Source: Malacoraja senta
Taxonomy: Eukaryota
DNA: 64,000 nt
Assembly (NCBI GenBank): GCA_038087875.1
Contig: JAXLNO010000485.1
Span: 1-64,000, forward strand
Direction: 5' to 3'
Within the stretch, counting starts at the first letter, position 1; each line of letters opens with the position of its first letter. The notes beneath the pieces were generated by a model. It worked only from the letters and a program-made list of their open reading frames with translations. It was not told the DNA's origin and searched no databases. Position numbers and translations under genes: made by a program. Shown one piece after another: positions 1-12,769 of this stretch.

Positions 1-345
1 TCCATGGATTTGCCACCCTCTGCCTTAAGAAATTTCTCCTCATCTTCCTAAAAGAACGTCCTTTAAATCTGAGGCTATGGCCTCCAGTCCTAGACTCTCT
101 CACTAGTGGATACATCCTCTCCACATCCACTCTATCCAAACCATTCACTATTCTGTAGGTTTTAATGAGGTCCCCCCTCATTCTTCTAAACTCCAGAGAG
201 TACAGACCCAGTGCTAACAAATGTTCATGATAGGTTAATCTACTCATTTCTGGGATCATTGTTGTAAACCTCCTCTGGACCCTCTCCAGAGCCAGCACAT
301 CCTTTCTCAGATATAGTGCCCAGAATTGCTCACAATATTCTCTAG
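1..345 (-). mobile_element. CR1 LINE 3' fragment
   Basis: Reverse strand resembles the CR1 ORF2 C-terminus and 3' region seen in the other CR1 copies in this window; degenerate. Confidence 0.65.
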
Positions 346-2499
346 CACTGAGGGAGCAGCTCTGCCAGTTGTGCCATTGTGCCGGCCTGGTAGTATTTTG
401 TTTTAACATGTGGTTGTAAAATTGCATCACAAACTCTGCAGAACGTCCCGTATAGCACTAGATTCCACTGGTGTTTCTTTGGTGGGATATTGACCCGTGG
501 CTCTCTGACTGAGAATGGAGATATGCTGTGGCTGACACCGCATGAAAAAAATGTTTTGCACACAACTCACAGTTACTTCTTGCCTGGGTGGATGGAGCCC
601 GCAGCGGGGGCTTGGGTCAGTGCCACAAAGGTGTCCGGAGAGGACCCGGCAGCGTTAATGAAAAGGCCAGTGTGGCGGTCGATGATGGCGCCGACCAATG
701 GACGAGAACGGACTCGTGGAATTGAGGACGCCGCTGCTGAGGGAAGGAGCAAAGGAGGACCCGGCGTGGGGGACGGAGATTTGTAACTTTGTAAACGCCC
801 TTTATGAGCAAATATTTCCATACCTTGTGTGTGCAAGCAAAGAATGTCACTGAGACTTGTCACATGTGACAATAAAGTATTCAATTCAATTCAATCAACA
901 GCCACCTCTCATAATCTATTGATAACAGGCCTTTTGTTACAAGATGGCATTCTCTGGAAAGGCGTAGGTTATTTAAAAATGTTTTAATCAATTTCTCTGA
1001 TACAAGTGCACTGACCTCTTGTTCTGCTTTAGCTGTAAGTAGACACACTCTCTACAATACCTTTCTCACACGACCGAACTTTGAGGATCAGTTTGCACAT
1101 GGTATGTTTGAGAGCTATTTCCATTTACTGGGAGACATCACAGCCTAGCCTGAACTAGACTGCATGCTACTCTATAGTTAATGGTGAGATCAAGGCTTTT
1201 TGTCTGTCAGTCTGATATTGATTACAGTTGAATTCAGGAAACCCAATACCAAACACAGCCTTTCACAAGGAAAAGCAAACAAATTGTGGCATTTACTTCA
1301 AGAAATACTCACACTCCCTATTGGACAATGTTAATGAATTCTGCTTTCAAACAATGAGTTCAAACCATGCTAAACAAGTCCAAGGAATTCTTAATGTAAA
1401 CAAAGGAACTGCAGATGCTGGTTTAAGCTGAAGATAGACACAAAATGTTGTAGTAACTCAGAGGCACAGGCAGCAGCTCTGGATAGAAGGAATGGGTGAT
1501 GTTTTGGGTTGAGATCCTTTGGGGAAAAAATCATCCTGGCCTATGTGTAAATCGCATGTCAATGAGAATGGAGATGTTGACTGAAATGTGAGTCAGTGGG
1601 ATTTGGATGGAAATGTGAATGCACAAAATTTTAAAGTAGTCTATTGGATCTGAACACATCTTGGTCTGAAGTAGGGTCTCGACCCACAATGTCACCCATT
1701 CCTTCTCTCCAGAGATGCTGCCTGTGTGTTACTCCAGCATTTTGTGTCTCTCTCCCGTGTAAACTGGCATCTGCAGTTCCTTCCTACACATTTGGTATGT
1801 GAATCAGTATTGTGTGAATGGATAATTTTTTGAATGGGTATAAGCTTCAGAATGGTGTTGGTGGGGGCATTTTTGAATGGGGTATGTGATTCAGAATGGT
1901 GTGAATGGAGGAATTTTTGAACGGGCATGTGATTCAAAATGGTGTGAACAGATCAAGTTTATCAATGACAGATACATTTATGCAATTAATCTATATTTAT
2001 CATATCTAATTTTATAACATAAATATGAACCAAATTGAATTAATTACGTTCCACCCTGTTACTTGATCTTTTAGATAGTTGAGAAGGTATTGAAAGAGTT
2101 CCTTGTTCACTCAAGAACCCAGGCAATAGTGGACAGTTTATCAGCAAACACTTGGCCCAGTGCCTGAGGTGCTCCAGTCACTAAGTGATGGAAATGTATT
2201 TGTCATTCCACAAATCTCACATTGTGTAAGAGGTTGGGGTTGGAGTCTCAGCCCAACAGATCAGTCAGAAGAGGTACAGGAACAGAGGCAGGGTGAATGT
2301 GTGATTTGTAGACTATCAGATACAGAATATTACAGGTCAGGAACTCACCCTTTGGCCCACAATGTATATGCCGAATATAATGCCAAGATAAACTGACCTA
2401 GTCGAATGCAAACAGAAATTTTACATTCGATGAACACTTTCACATCATACAACCCATCTCCAATGAAAATTATCTCCTTCCTTCCATGACTTTTAGTTA

Positions 2500-3710
2500 T
2501 GGAGTCATAGAGTGATACAGTTTGGGAACAGGCCCTTCAGCCCAACTTGTCCACACTGGGCAACATGTCCCAGCTACACTAGTCCCACCTGCCTGCCTTT
2601 GGTCCATATCCCTCCAAACCTGTCATATCCATGTACATGTCTAACTGTTTCTTAAACGAGGGGATTGTCCCAGCCTCAATTACCTCCTCTGGGAGCTTGT
2701 TCCATACACCCACCACACTTTGTGTGAAAACGTTACCCTTCGGATTCCTATTAAATCTTATCCCATTGACCTTGAAACTATGTCATCTGGTCCTCGATTC
2801 CCCTACTCTGGGCAAAAGACTCTGTGCATCTACCCGAACTATTCCTCTGATGGTATTGTATACCTCTTACAAGATCACCCCTCATCCTCCTGCGCTCCAA
2901 GGAATAGAGACCCAGCCTACTCAACCTCTCCCTATAACTCACACCCTCTAGTCCTGGCAACATCCTTGTAAATCTTTTCTGACCAGTTTCAAGCTTGACA
3001 ATATCTTTCCTATAACATGGTGCCCAGAACTGAACACAATATTCTAAATGCGGTCTCACCAACATCTTATACAACTGCAACATGACCTCCCAACTTCTGT
3101 ACTCATTATTCTGACTGATGAAGGCCAATGTGCCAAAAGCCTTTTTGACCACCTTATCTACCTATGACTCGACCTTTAAGGAACCTTGCACTTGTACTCC
3201 TAGATCCCTCTCCTCTCAACACTCCCCAGAGACCGACCATTTACTGTGTTAGACGTCCCAAAAAGCAACACCTCACACTTCTCTGTATTAAATTCCATCA
3301 ACCATTCCTCGGCCCACTGGCCAATCGATCCAGATCCTGCTGCAATCGTTCACAACCATTGTCTACCTGCAACCGTTCACAACCATCTTCACTATCTGCA
3401 AAACCACTCCCTTTTGTATCATCAGCAACCTTGCTAATCTTGCCCCGTATTATATCATCCAAATCAATTATGTAGATGACAAACAGTAACGGGCCCAGCA
3501 CCGAACCCTGAGTCACACCACTAGTCACACGCCTCCAATCAGTGAAGCAACCTTCCACCATCACCCTCTGCTTCCTTCCATGGAGCCATTTGCTATCCAT
3601 TCAGCTATCTCTCCTTGGATCTCATGTGATCAAATCTTCCAGAGCAGCCTACCATGCGGAGCCTTTTCGAATACCTTTCTGAAATCCATGTACACAACAT
3701 CTACAGCTCT
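2500..3710 (-). mobile_element. CR1 LINE, 5'-truncated, decayed RT
   Basis: ORFs 3298-3600 (SGVTQGSVLGPLLFVIYI..D, SKVADD) and 2778-3152 (LYKMLVRPHLEYCVQFWAP) plus a CR1 tail with (CTATGACT)-type repeat at about 2500. Confidence 0.9.
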
Positions 3711-4834
3711 GTAGAGCTTCCACAGCTTGAGTTGTGCAAAGTCATGGAGAACACATCTCCAGTCAGTCAGCTAATTTCCATTGTGTTCAGTGTGTTGGAC
3801 TGAGGGAAAAAATGGGATTAAAGGATGAGATTCTTTCTCCAGTTGCTGTGATACATTGTAAATGGATCGATTGTAATGTGTACGAAGGAACTGCAGATAC
3901 TGGTTTAAACAGAAGATAGTCATAAAAAAGCTGGAGTAACTCAGCGGGGCAGGCAGCATCTCTGGAGAGAAGAATTGAAGAAAGTCTCAACCTGAAACGT
4001 CACCCATTCCTTCTCTCCAGAGATGCTGCCTGTCCTGCTGAGTTACTCCAGCTTTATGTGTCTATCTTCAGATCGATTACAATCATGTATTGACTTTCTG
4101 CTGACTGGTTAGCACACAACAAAAGCTTTTCACTGTAAACAGCTTTCACTATTTCACAATAAACTAAACTGAACTGAGACTATTAATACTTCATACCTGT
4201 GCATAAACCTGGGCAAATGAATTTTAAAATAATTCTTGTCTATAACCTGCTTATGTATTCAAGTGACAGTGGGTGCATTGATTCAATGGTTCAATGGTAC
4301 TTTATTGTCACATATACCTGGGTTCAGTGAAATTACTTTTTGCCTACAGTTCTGTCAAACATTTACAATACACAAGGACAATCATACTTTAGTACAAGAC
4401 TACAGGAAATATAGATTACATTGAGACAATACACAATTTGTATTGATTTCCACTAACATTTTGCATAAATCAAAACTCCAAAGTTATAAACAATGTAGAG
4501 ATTTAACTTGACCTGATAACCTATTGCTTTGGTGGCAGCACCGGTTTGGAGCTGCAGGGTTTAGCCCACAATGTTTGGTATTAGTGTAAAGTTCACAATA
4601 TCAGGATTATTCTTGCATGGAACAGACACTGGTCCACAACCCCAACTTGAATCTGATTTCATGAATTAATTGGCCATTGTACACTTGGCCAGACATTCCT
4701 TATCAAGATTACCATAAGGGACAACCTGCCCTGCCAATGTTACCTCAAAGTGACTATGAGTGTGGTGAACATGGATTGACTTGGAAAGTTTCCTGAAAGA
4801 TCAGCACACATTGAAATGATAACGCAATCAACTG

Positions 4835-5137
4835 TTATTCGATGCACAGAGACTTTGCCCAGAGTAGGGGAATCGAGGACCAGAGGACATAGGTTCAAGG
4901 TGAAGGGGAAAAAGATTTAATAGGAATCCGAGGGTCAACATTTTCACACAAAGGCTGGTGGGTGTATGGAACAAGCTGCCAGAGGAGGTAGTTGAGGCTG
5001 GGACTATCCTATCCTTTAAGAAACAGTTAGACAATCGCAGGCAAGTGGGACCAGTGTAGTTGGGACATTGTTGGCCGGTGTGGGCGAGTTGGACCGAAGG
5101 ACCTGTTTCCAAACTGTATCACTCTATGACTCTATGA
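4835..5137 (+). mobile_element. CR1 LINE 3' tail
   Basis: Inverse match to 2500-2820; ends in ctctatgactctatga. Confidence 0.85.
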
Positions 5138-5559
5138 TATTATTAATAAAATTAATTAACAACAATCAAGTAGATTGTTTGAAGCTGTTCCCATTCCTTA
5201 TGCAGATCCAAGTAACCCAATCAAGGTAAATCAATGTTAGGTGCCTGGAAGATGTGGAGTACTCAATAATCAAGATCTGGTACTTTAGTGACCTTCCTTC
5301 CATTATAAAGTCAAAAGTGATTGTCTGTTGTTGATTGCACAATGCTCGATTTCATTTCCTCATTTATTCACTGCACCACAAGCTTCAACCAGTGACAAAA
5401 CACACTGCAGATACGTGTCATCTAGTCCATCAGAACATTCCAAACTCAACATCTCAAGCACAAGAACAACAAGGTCAGCAGATGTGTGGGAACCTGACCT
5501 GGGATCCATCCTGACTTAGAAATGAATCACCATTTGTTCATAATTGAGTTTGGTTTAGA

Positions 5560-6105
5560 GATATGTCATGCCAGCAGTTCGAAATAAACAGGTCGGGAGA
5601 GGGTAGAAGGCTGGCACAGGGGGTCAAAGAGGATGGGGTTTGTAGGATAAGGAGGACTGTGTTTTCACCGGGAGGTGAGGACTCCTTCCCGTAGAAAAAG
5701 GCTTGGAGGCGGAGGCAACTGAAGAAGATCTCTACATCATGGTGAGCCCTGAATTTGTTGAGGTGGGGGCGTAGGGATACAAAGATAAGGCCTCAGTTGA
5801 AGACTGACTGTTCTGTATCAGAAGGAAGTCGGGGGGGAAGGACCCCGGAGAGCTTTACTGTATATTGTCGGGGCCAGCAGCGTAGAGGCCCAAGGCCGGA
5901 AAAGGGGCTTGCAAACCATGTGTTGATGTCTTTGGCCGACTGGTGGCCGGTGAAGAGGCGAGGATCGGCGGAGTCAATGGGCCCACGAGTGGCTAGAGTA
6001 CAGGTAAAGGTTGGCGGCAAACATGGCCTGGAAGCTTTGTGGGCCGATGGTGGCATGATCAACAGTGTCAGTAGGTCAGGCCTGGAAGCTCCATTAACCA
6101 TTCTT
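5560..6105 (-). mobile_element. Penelope-like element, decayed N-terminal ORF fragment
   Basis: Reverse strand, read across stops and frameshifts, gives DTEQSVF.GLIFV.LRP.LNKFRAHHDVEIFFS.LRLQAFFYGKE...PDLFISNC.HDI, which resembles the pre-RT region of fish PLE ORFs. Confidence 0.6.
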
Positions 6106-6129
6106 CAGCCCACTTGTCTCACTGATCAC

Positions 6130-6950
6130 GATCCAGCTGTAATTTTTGATAACTATGTTCACTGTTTATGATACCAACTAGGTCAATGTCATCTGCAAAG
6201 TTTCTAATCATGCCGCACATTTTCATCTAAGTTGCTTATATAAACCACAATCAGCAATGGGCCCAGCACTGATCCCTGAGGGACACCTCTAGTCACAGGC
6301 CTCCAGTGTGAAAAGCACTTCCACTATCACCCTATGCTTCCATGAACGTAATTCTTTGTTTAGGCAGCTAGTTCTCCCTGAATTCCATGAGCTCTAATCA
6401 TCCAGAGCAGCCTACCATGCAGAAACTTATCAAAGGCCTTGCTAAAGACCATATGTACAATGTCTATGACCTTATCATCATCAACCTTCTTGGTTACTTT
6501 TTCCAAAAACTACCAGATTGGCGATGCATGATCTCCCACGTACAAAACCACACTGACCAGCCCCTGTCTCTACAAATGCATATTTACCCTATCTCTCAGA
6601 ATCCTGTCCAGTAACTTACCTACTGCAGATTGTAGGCCCACTGATTTATAGTTTCTAGGCTATGCCCTGTAGTCCTTCTAACAATGATTCATATCTCTCA
6701 GTCAGGGCGCTTGCAATTTTTTCTCTAGCTCCCCACAGTGTCCTCTGATATATCTGATCAGGTCTGGGTGAATTATCTACTTTCATATGTCTTAGGATGT
6801 CCAGCACATCATCGGCCATAACACGGACTGTCCTCCAGACATCTCCATTTCCTGTTGCAAGCTCCCTCATCTTCAAATCTTTCTCCACAGTAAAAACAGG
6901 GGAGAAATACTCATTGAAAATCTTGCTCATCTCATGCAGCTCCTCACAGA
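6130..6950 (-). mobile_element. Old CR1 RT fragment
   Basis: IFNEYFSPVFT...MKVDNSPRPDQIY..TLW.ARE.IA motif, followed by degraded RT segments. Confidence 0.7.
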
Positions 6951-7019
6951 GATGACAGCTTTTATTTTCTGAGTGGATTTATTCTTTATCAAGTTACCCT
7001 CATTCATTTAATATAGGAG

Positions 7020-7515
7020 CGAAGAAGACTGTAAAAACTTGTGAACACTGCCCAGTCCATCACGGGTTCTGACCTCCCCACCATCGAAGGAAGCTCAAAA
7101 AGGCAGCAAGGATCATCAGAGACCCACACCACCCTGGCCACACACTTATTTCACCCCTGCCATAGGGTAGAAGGTACAGGAGCCTGAAAATTGTAACGTC
7201 AGGTTCAGCAATAACTTCTACCCTACAGCCTTTAGGCTATTAAACACTACAGCCTTAAACAAGCTCTTAACTACATAGACTATTATTGTTATTGTTGCAC
7301 CATTATTGTTTGTTTTTTGTGTGTACATATGAGTGTGTGTGTGTGTGTATATATATATACGAATATGGTCTCTATATATGTGTATTTGTGAGTATGTGTA
7401 TACATACACACCCAGATATTTTTATTTCATGTTTCTTATATTGTTTACAGTGTACTATGTTTACATATTCTGTTGTGCTGCTGCAAGTAAGAATGTCATT
7501 GTTCTATCTAGGACA
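7020..7515 (+). mobile_element. Rex1/Babar-type LINE 3' fragment with (GT)n(AT)n tract
   Basis: AQSITGSDLPTIE...IIRDPHHPGHTL motif at 7050-7150; the tail ...ggaca|tatgacaataaa is split by the Helitron. Confidence 0.7.
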
Positions 7516-8044
7516 TCTCTATATAACTAAAAGTCTTTGGCTTGTTTGTGCCCACGATGTGTCTGTGTGTGTGTCAATCTGGTAAATTCCTGTCTTCTTC
7601 CTAATGCTAGGCCACAGCCTTCCTATTTTCACACATCTTACTCACATTTTTCCCGTGGTGGCAATAAACATCTTCCCATCACATTTCCCCCTATATTTCC
7701 GAAGTTATTAATCGTTAAATTTTAAAAACAGTTTGATTTCTTCAAACTCTTCCATTTTGGAAACAAAATCCGAGTGACTTCACAATGCACTCGCGAGGCA
7801 GGACAGGGCCACTCCAGGAGGGACGGACACTCCAATGCTCCAACCCTCCTTCCCCCCTCCCCACCCCCCTCCAGTGCACCAATCACGATGGGCTCTCAAG
7901 CTGCCGAGTGCCACACCCCCTGCCCCCTCCCCCTCATCATGATTAAAGTGTTTTTTTAAGCCAAACGGGTTGCGTTGGGGGAACGGGTGAGTGCTGGAAT
8001 ATTGCGTTGGGGGAGCAGACCCAACGGGTCTGCACTTGGTCTGG
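7516..8044 (+). mobile_element. Non-autonomous Helitron (529 bp)
   Basis: Starts TC(TCTATATAAC), ends CTGG (CTRR), with hairpin GCAGACCC-aac-GGGTCTGC at 8015-8033, 7 nt before the terminal CTGG. Inserted between A and T with no TSD in a repeat tail whose uninterrupted form (GGGACATATGACAATAAA) is on the minus strand at about 27318-27335. Confidence 0.85.
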
Positions 8045-9288
8045 TATGACAATAAAACAATATTGATTCTTGAATGTACATAAAGTATCTTTGGATTCTT
8101 CTTTGCCAGAGTTGACAACAAAATTGATAAGTATATTAGGTAATGATAATTGTTATCTAAGATTACAAAATAATGTTGATCAACCGGAAAGGTATGGAGG
8201 TGAGGGGATGGGAGGTGAGGGGGGGGGGAGGAATGCCAGTTGAAATCTAACTCAAACAAGTGTGATTTGATGCATTTTGGGAATTCAAATCATGACTGGC
8301 CAAATCTATTGCAGGATTGTAAATGGAGCTGTACCTTGGTGTACAATTACATAGTTCCCTGAAAATGGCATCATAGTTTGATAGGGTAGTGAAGGGAATA
8401 TATGTCTGAAGAATCGCCTCAATCCAAAACGTCACCCATTCCTTCTCTCCAGAAATATTGCCGCTGAGTCTCTCTAGCTTTTTGTGTCTATCTTCGGTTT
8501 ACATTAGCATCTGCTGTTCATTCCTACACAGAGTATATGTTGTGCCTTGTTTCCTCAGCCATGGTACTGAGGACTAGGGTTGGGGTGTCGTGTTACAGTT
8601 GTACAGAATGTTGAACAGGCAACCATTAATCTGTCCAGGGGCTCAGCTGATTTGTTGCACAATAGACTCTAATCCAAGTTCTGAACTCCGAAAAGAAAAT
8701 CAAGAAATTCAAGTTGCCACTCATCCAGGGACTGAATAACAAAACACATCTTAGTGTTGCTTATCTGGCTTGAGAACTCTTAACATTGATCTATTTTGCT
8801 TCATACTGTAGTCCAGTTAATAAACTGGTCATCCCCAGACATCCTGTGTCCACACTTTCCCAAGGGCACCTCACCTATTTTCAGCTCTGCTCTCAACAAG
8901 TATCAATCACATTATCCCTCTCTCTATCTATCATCTCTCTCCATCTCACTATATATATCTCTCTCTCTCTATCTCCCTATTTCCCTCCATCTATTTATCT
9001 CTCCATCTCTCATCCCTCAGCTCTATCTCTCTTTCCTTCATCTCTTTCATTTCTGCAAATTGAAATCATTAATCAGTCTGAGAGCACTGTGTGTGACTGA
9101 ATGACATCAGAGCATCAGTCCCTGAGGCATACCACTGGTCACAGGCTTCCTATGTAAAAAAACAACCCTCCACTACCACTCTCTGACTCCTACCACCAAG
9201 CCAACTTTGTGTCCAATTGACTAGCTCACCCTGGATCCCATGTTTTCCAACCTAATGGACCAGCCACCCATGTGGGGCCTTGCTGAAG

Positions 9289-9600
9289 GATGGCATGGTG
9301 GCATAGTCGTAAGGCTACTGCATTACAGTGCCAGAGATCTGGGTTCAATCCTGACTACAAGTGCTTTTCTATATGGAGTTTGTACGTTCTCTCCGTGACC
9401 TGCGTAGGTTTTCTCCAAGATCTTCGGTTTCCTCCCACACTCCAAAGACGTACAGGTTTGTACGTTAATTGGCTTGGTATAAAAGGTAAAATTACCCCTA
9501 GTGTGTGTAGGGTAGTGTTAAAATGTGGGGATCGCTGGTCGGTGCAGGCCCGGTGGGCTGTTGGGTCTGTTTCCTCACTGTATCTCTAAACTAAACTAAA
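9289..9600 (+). mobile_element. tRNA-derived V-SINE (HE1-like)
   Basis: tRNA-like head with A/B boxes (GGTTCAATCC), V-domain (GGAGTTTGTACGTTCTC...GGTTTCCTCCCACA), CR1-like tail and (CTAAA)n end. Confidence 0.9.
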
Positions 9601-9844
9601 CATAGACAACATCTGTCATCCAATCACACACTGGGCAATTTACAAAATTCAATTAACCAACCAACTCGCATGTCTTTGAGATATAGGAGGAACGGAGCAT
9701 TTGGTGGAAATCCACGTGTCATAGGGAGAACAAGAAAATGATACACGTTGTACCCGAGATCAGGATTGAATCCAAGTTGCTGTAGCAGAGGGGCACCAAT
9801 TCTGCCAGTTGCCTCAATGTACTGCCTTTTAAAAAGAAAATTCA

Positions 9845-10160
9845 AAGCCTGTCCCAATGTACGAGGTAATTCAAGAGCTCTCCCGAGTTTAAAAAAAAAT
9901 CAAACTCGTGGTAAGCACGTAGATGGTACGTAGCTGGTACGTCGGAGCTCGGGACATCTCCTAGCGGCTCGTAACGCTAACGGCAGGTACTCGGGAAACG
10001 CGGTAAGCTCGTGAAGACTCGTGAAGATTTTTCAACATGTTGAAAAAAGTCCACGAGAGCCCCAAGTACCTACGAGCGGCTATTACCGTAATTCTCCGAG
10101 TTCGAATCAGGGGAAACTCGGGAGAACTCTTGAATTAGCTCGTACAGTGGGACAGGGCCT
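9845..10160. mobile_element. Fold-back MITE, PIF/Harbinger-like
   Basis: Long imperfect TIRs (AAGCCTGTCCCAATGTACGAGGTAATTCAAGAG.. / ..CTCTTGAATTAGCTCGTACAGTGGGACAGGGCCT), flanked by TCA/TTA (TWA-type 3-bp TSD with one mismatch); CpG-rich interior. Confidence 0.75.
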
Positions 10161-10204
10161 TTAAGCTGTGTCTGCGTTGTCCATGCACACACTCTCAGGG
10201 CAGA

Positions 10205-10512
10205 ATTAGTTTAGTTTAGTTTAGAGATACAGCATGGAAACAGGCCTTTCGGCCTACCAAATTTGCGAAGACCAATGATCCCTTTACATTGGCACTTTCC
10301 TACACACACTAGGTACAAATTACAATTTACAAACCAATTAACCTACAAACCTGTACGTCTTTGGAGTGTGGGAGGAAACTGGAGCACCCGGAGAAAACCC
10401 ATGCGTTCACCCAACATACAAACTCCGTGTGGACCGCACCCATAGTCAGGATCGAACCCTGGTGTCTGGTGCTATAAGGCAGCAACTCTACCGCTGCGCC
10501 ACCCTGCCGCCC
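10205..10512 (-). mobile_element. V-SINE (HE1-like)
   Basis: Full-length reverse copy: (TTTAG)n, tail, V-domain, GGATCGAACC B-box. Confidence 0.9.
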
Positions 10513-10924
10513 CTAAGTATAGATATAGGGAAAGATACAGCAGCCTGAAAACCGTGACAACCAGATTCAAGAATAGTCTCTTCTCAGCAATCATCAGGCT
10601 CTTCAACACCACACAAAACTAACTTCAGCATCTATGATCATCTACGGACTGTCTTTGAATGTAATATGAATTTAGTTTTTTGCACTATTATGATAGTCCA
10701 GTATTACAGTTATTAATTTATTGTTATATTGATTGTTTTATATTATCTCTGTGTTATTGCAGTTACATGCAGGTGAAGCTGCAGCAAGTCAGAATTTTGT
10801 TGTTCTATTGTTGATACATAAGACAATTAAACAACTCTTACCTCGCATTTGATTTTGGGTAAAGCTCACTCCATATTACCCCCACCATACACTCAGGAAA
10901 AGTACAAGGAACAAGTACATGTTT

Positions 10925-11960
10925 AAGAAAGAACTGCAGATGCTGGAAAAATCCAAGGTAGACAAAAATGCTGGAGAAACTCAGCAGTGAGGCAGCATCT
11001 ATGGAGCAAAGGAATAGGTGACGTTTTGGGTCGAGACCCTTCTTCAGACTGATATGGGGGTGTGGGGCGGGAAGAAGAAAGGAAGAGGTGGAAATAGTAG
11101 GCTGTGGGAGAGCTTCGAAGGGGAGGGGAAGGAGGGAGAAAGCAAAGACTACCTGAAAATGGAGGTCAATGTTCATACCGCTGGGGTGTAAACTACCCAA
11201 GCGAAAAATGATATGCTGCTCCTCCAATTTGCGGAGGGTCTTACTCTGGCCGTGGAGGAGACCCAGGACAGAAAGGTCGGATTCTGAATGGGAGGGGGAG
11301 TTGAAGTGCTGAGCCACTGGGAGATCAGGTTGGTTAATGCGGACTGAGCGGAGGTGTTGGGCGAAGCGATCGCCAATCCTGCGCTTGGTCTCACCGATGT
11401 AGAGCAGTTGACACCTAGAGCAGCGGATGCAATAGATGAGGTTGGAGGAGGGGCAGGTGAACTTCTGCCTCACTTGGAAAGACTGCTTAGGCCCTTGGAT
11501 GGAGTCAAGGGGGGAGATAAAGCGACAAGTGTAGCATTTCCTGCGGTTGCAAGTGAAAGTGCCAGGGGAGGGGAAGGTTAAGGAACGGGGCTTCTTCTCT
11601 TCGACTGTAGATGAGGCTCTCAGCAGGGTCTCTTCTATATCTCGTTGCTCCGCTCTCACTCCCCATCCCCCCACTCGTGACAAGTCCCCCTTGTCCTCAC
11701 ATTACACCCTACCAGCCGTCACATACAACAGATAATCCTCCGACATATTCGCCACCTCCAACGGGATCCCATCACTGGCCACATCTTCTCATCTTCTCCC
11801 CTTTCAGCTTTCTGAAGAGACTGCACCCTCTGTAACTCCCTGGTCAATTTGTCCCTTCCCACCCAAACCACTCCCTCCCCTGGTACTTTCCCTTGCAACT
11901 GCAGGAAATGCTACACTTGTCGCTTTACCTCCCCCCTTAACTCCATCCAAGGACCTAGGC
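10925..11960. mobile_element. Penelope-like element: GIY-YIG endonuclease fragment (- strand) with inverted 5' segment (+ strand)
   Basis: ORF 10838-11683(-) contains CNRRKCYTC...NLIYCIRCSRCQLLYIGETKRRIGDRFAQH...LEEQHIIFRLGSLHPSGMN. Segment 11873-11956 is an inverted copy of 11489-11572. Confidence 0.9.
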
Positions 11961-12769
11961 ATGCCATGCTATCCAAACAGATTGGATATACCATACACAG
12001 ATATAATCAATTAAAAGGGGAATAATATCATGCAGCATAACGATCTCAGCATTGTAGCGCATCAGTTCCAGTGAGAAACACCAATGATCTCGGTGGATAG
12101 AGGTAAATCATACTTACCATAACCTACAGAAAAACTGTTCAGTAGCCAGATAACAGAGGGGAAGAAGCTGTCGCTGAGGCTGGTGGTACGTGCCTTCAAT
12201 CTTCTGCACCTTCTGCCAAACGGGAGCCAAACTTATCCATGCCTTTCATAATTTTACATACTTCTATCAGGGCTCCCCTCAACTAATTGGAGCAGGGAAC
12301 CAATGTAAGGACAGTTTTGGCAATGATACAAAAATAGATGAAATGGCACGGTTTAATGAGGAAAGTATGATTTTACAACAGGATATAGATAGCTTGAGTG
12401 ATTAGTCAAAACCTGGCTAATGTGTTTAATGTGGGAAACTGTGAGGTCATGCTGAAGATAGACACAAAATGCTGGAATAACTCAGCGGGACAGGCAGCAT
12501 CTCTAGATAGAAGGAATGGGTGACGTTTCAGGTCGAGACCCATTTTCGGACTGTAGAACTCTCGTTGGAGAGAGGAGAACTTCTTCAAAGTAGGCATACC
12601 TTGAGGAGATTTCTCAGTGGAGTAGCCAAATTGTGTAGGAAGGAACTGCAAATGCTGCTTCACACTGAAGGTAGACACAAAATGCTGGAGTAACTTAGCA
12701 GGACAAGCAGCATCTCTAGGTAGAATTGGTGATGTTTCGAGTCATGCTCTTTGGCATAAGGAATCAAGT

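Noticed and set aside
1033-1101. Possible 69-nt phase 1-1 micro-exon (VSRHTLYNTFLTRPNFEDQFAHG) with AG and GTATGT borders
   Set aside because: No recognisable homology or partner exons, and such borders occur by chance; it needs RNA-seq to rescue.
3345-3395. Short tandem duplication (TGCAA[T/C]CGTTCACAACCAT twice) in the CR1 RT
   Set aside because: Ordinary slippage in a dead element.
9289-9360. tRNA genes at SINE heads
   Set aside because: A/B boxes are present but there is no complete cloverleaf, and each head runs into the V-domain and LINE-like tail.
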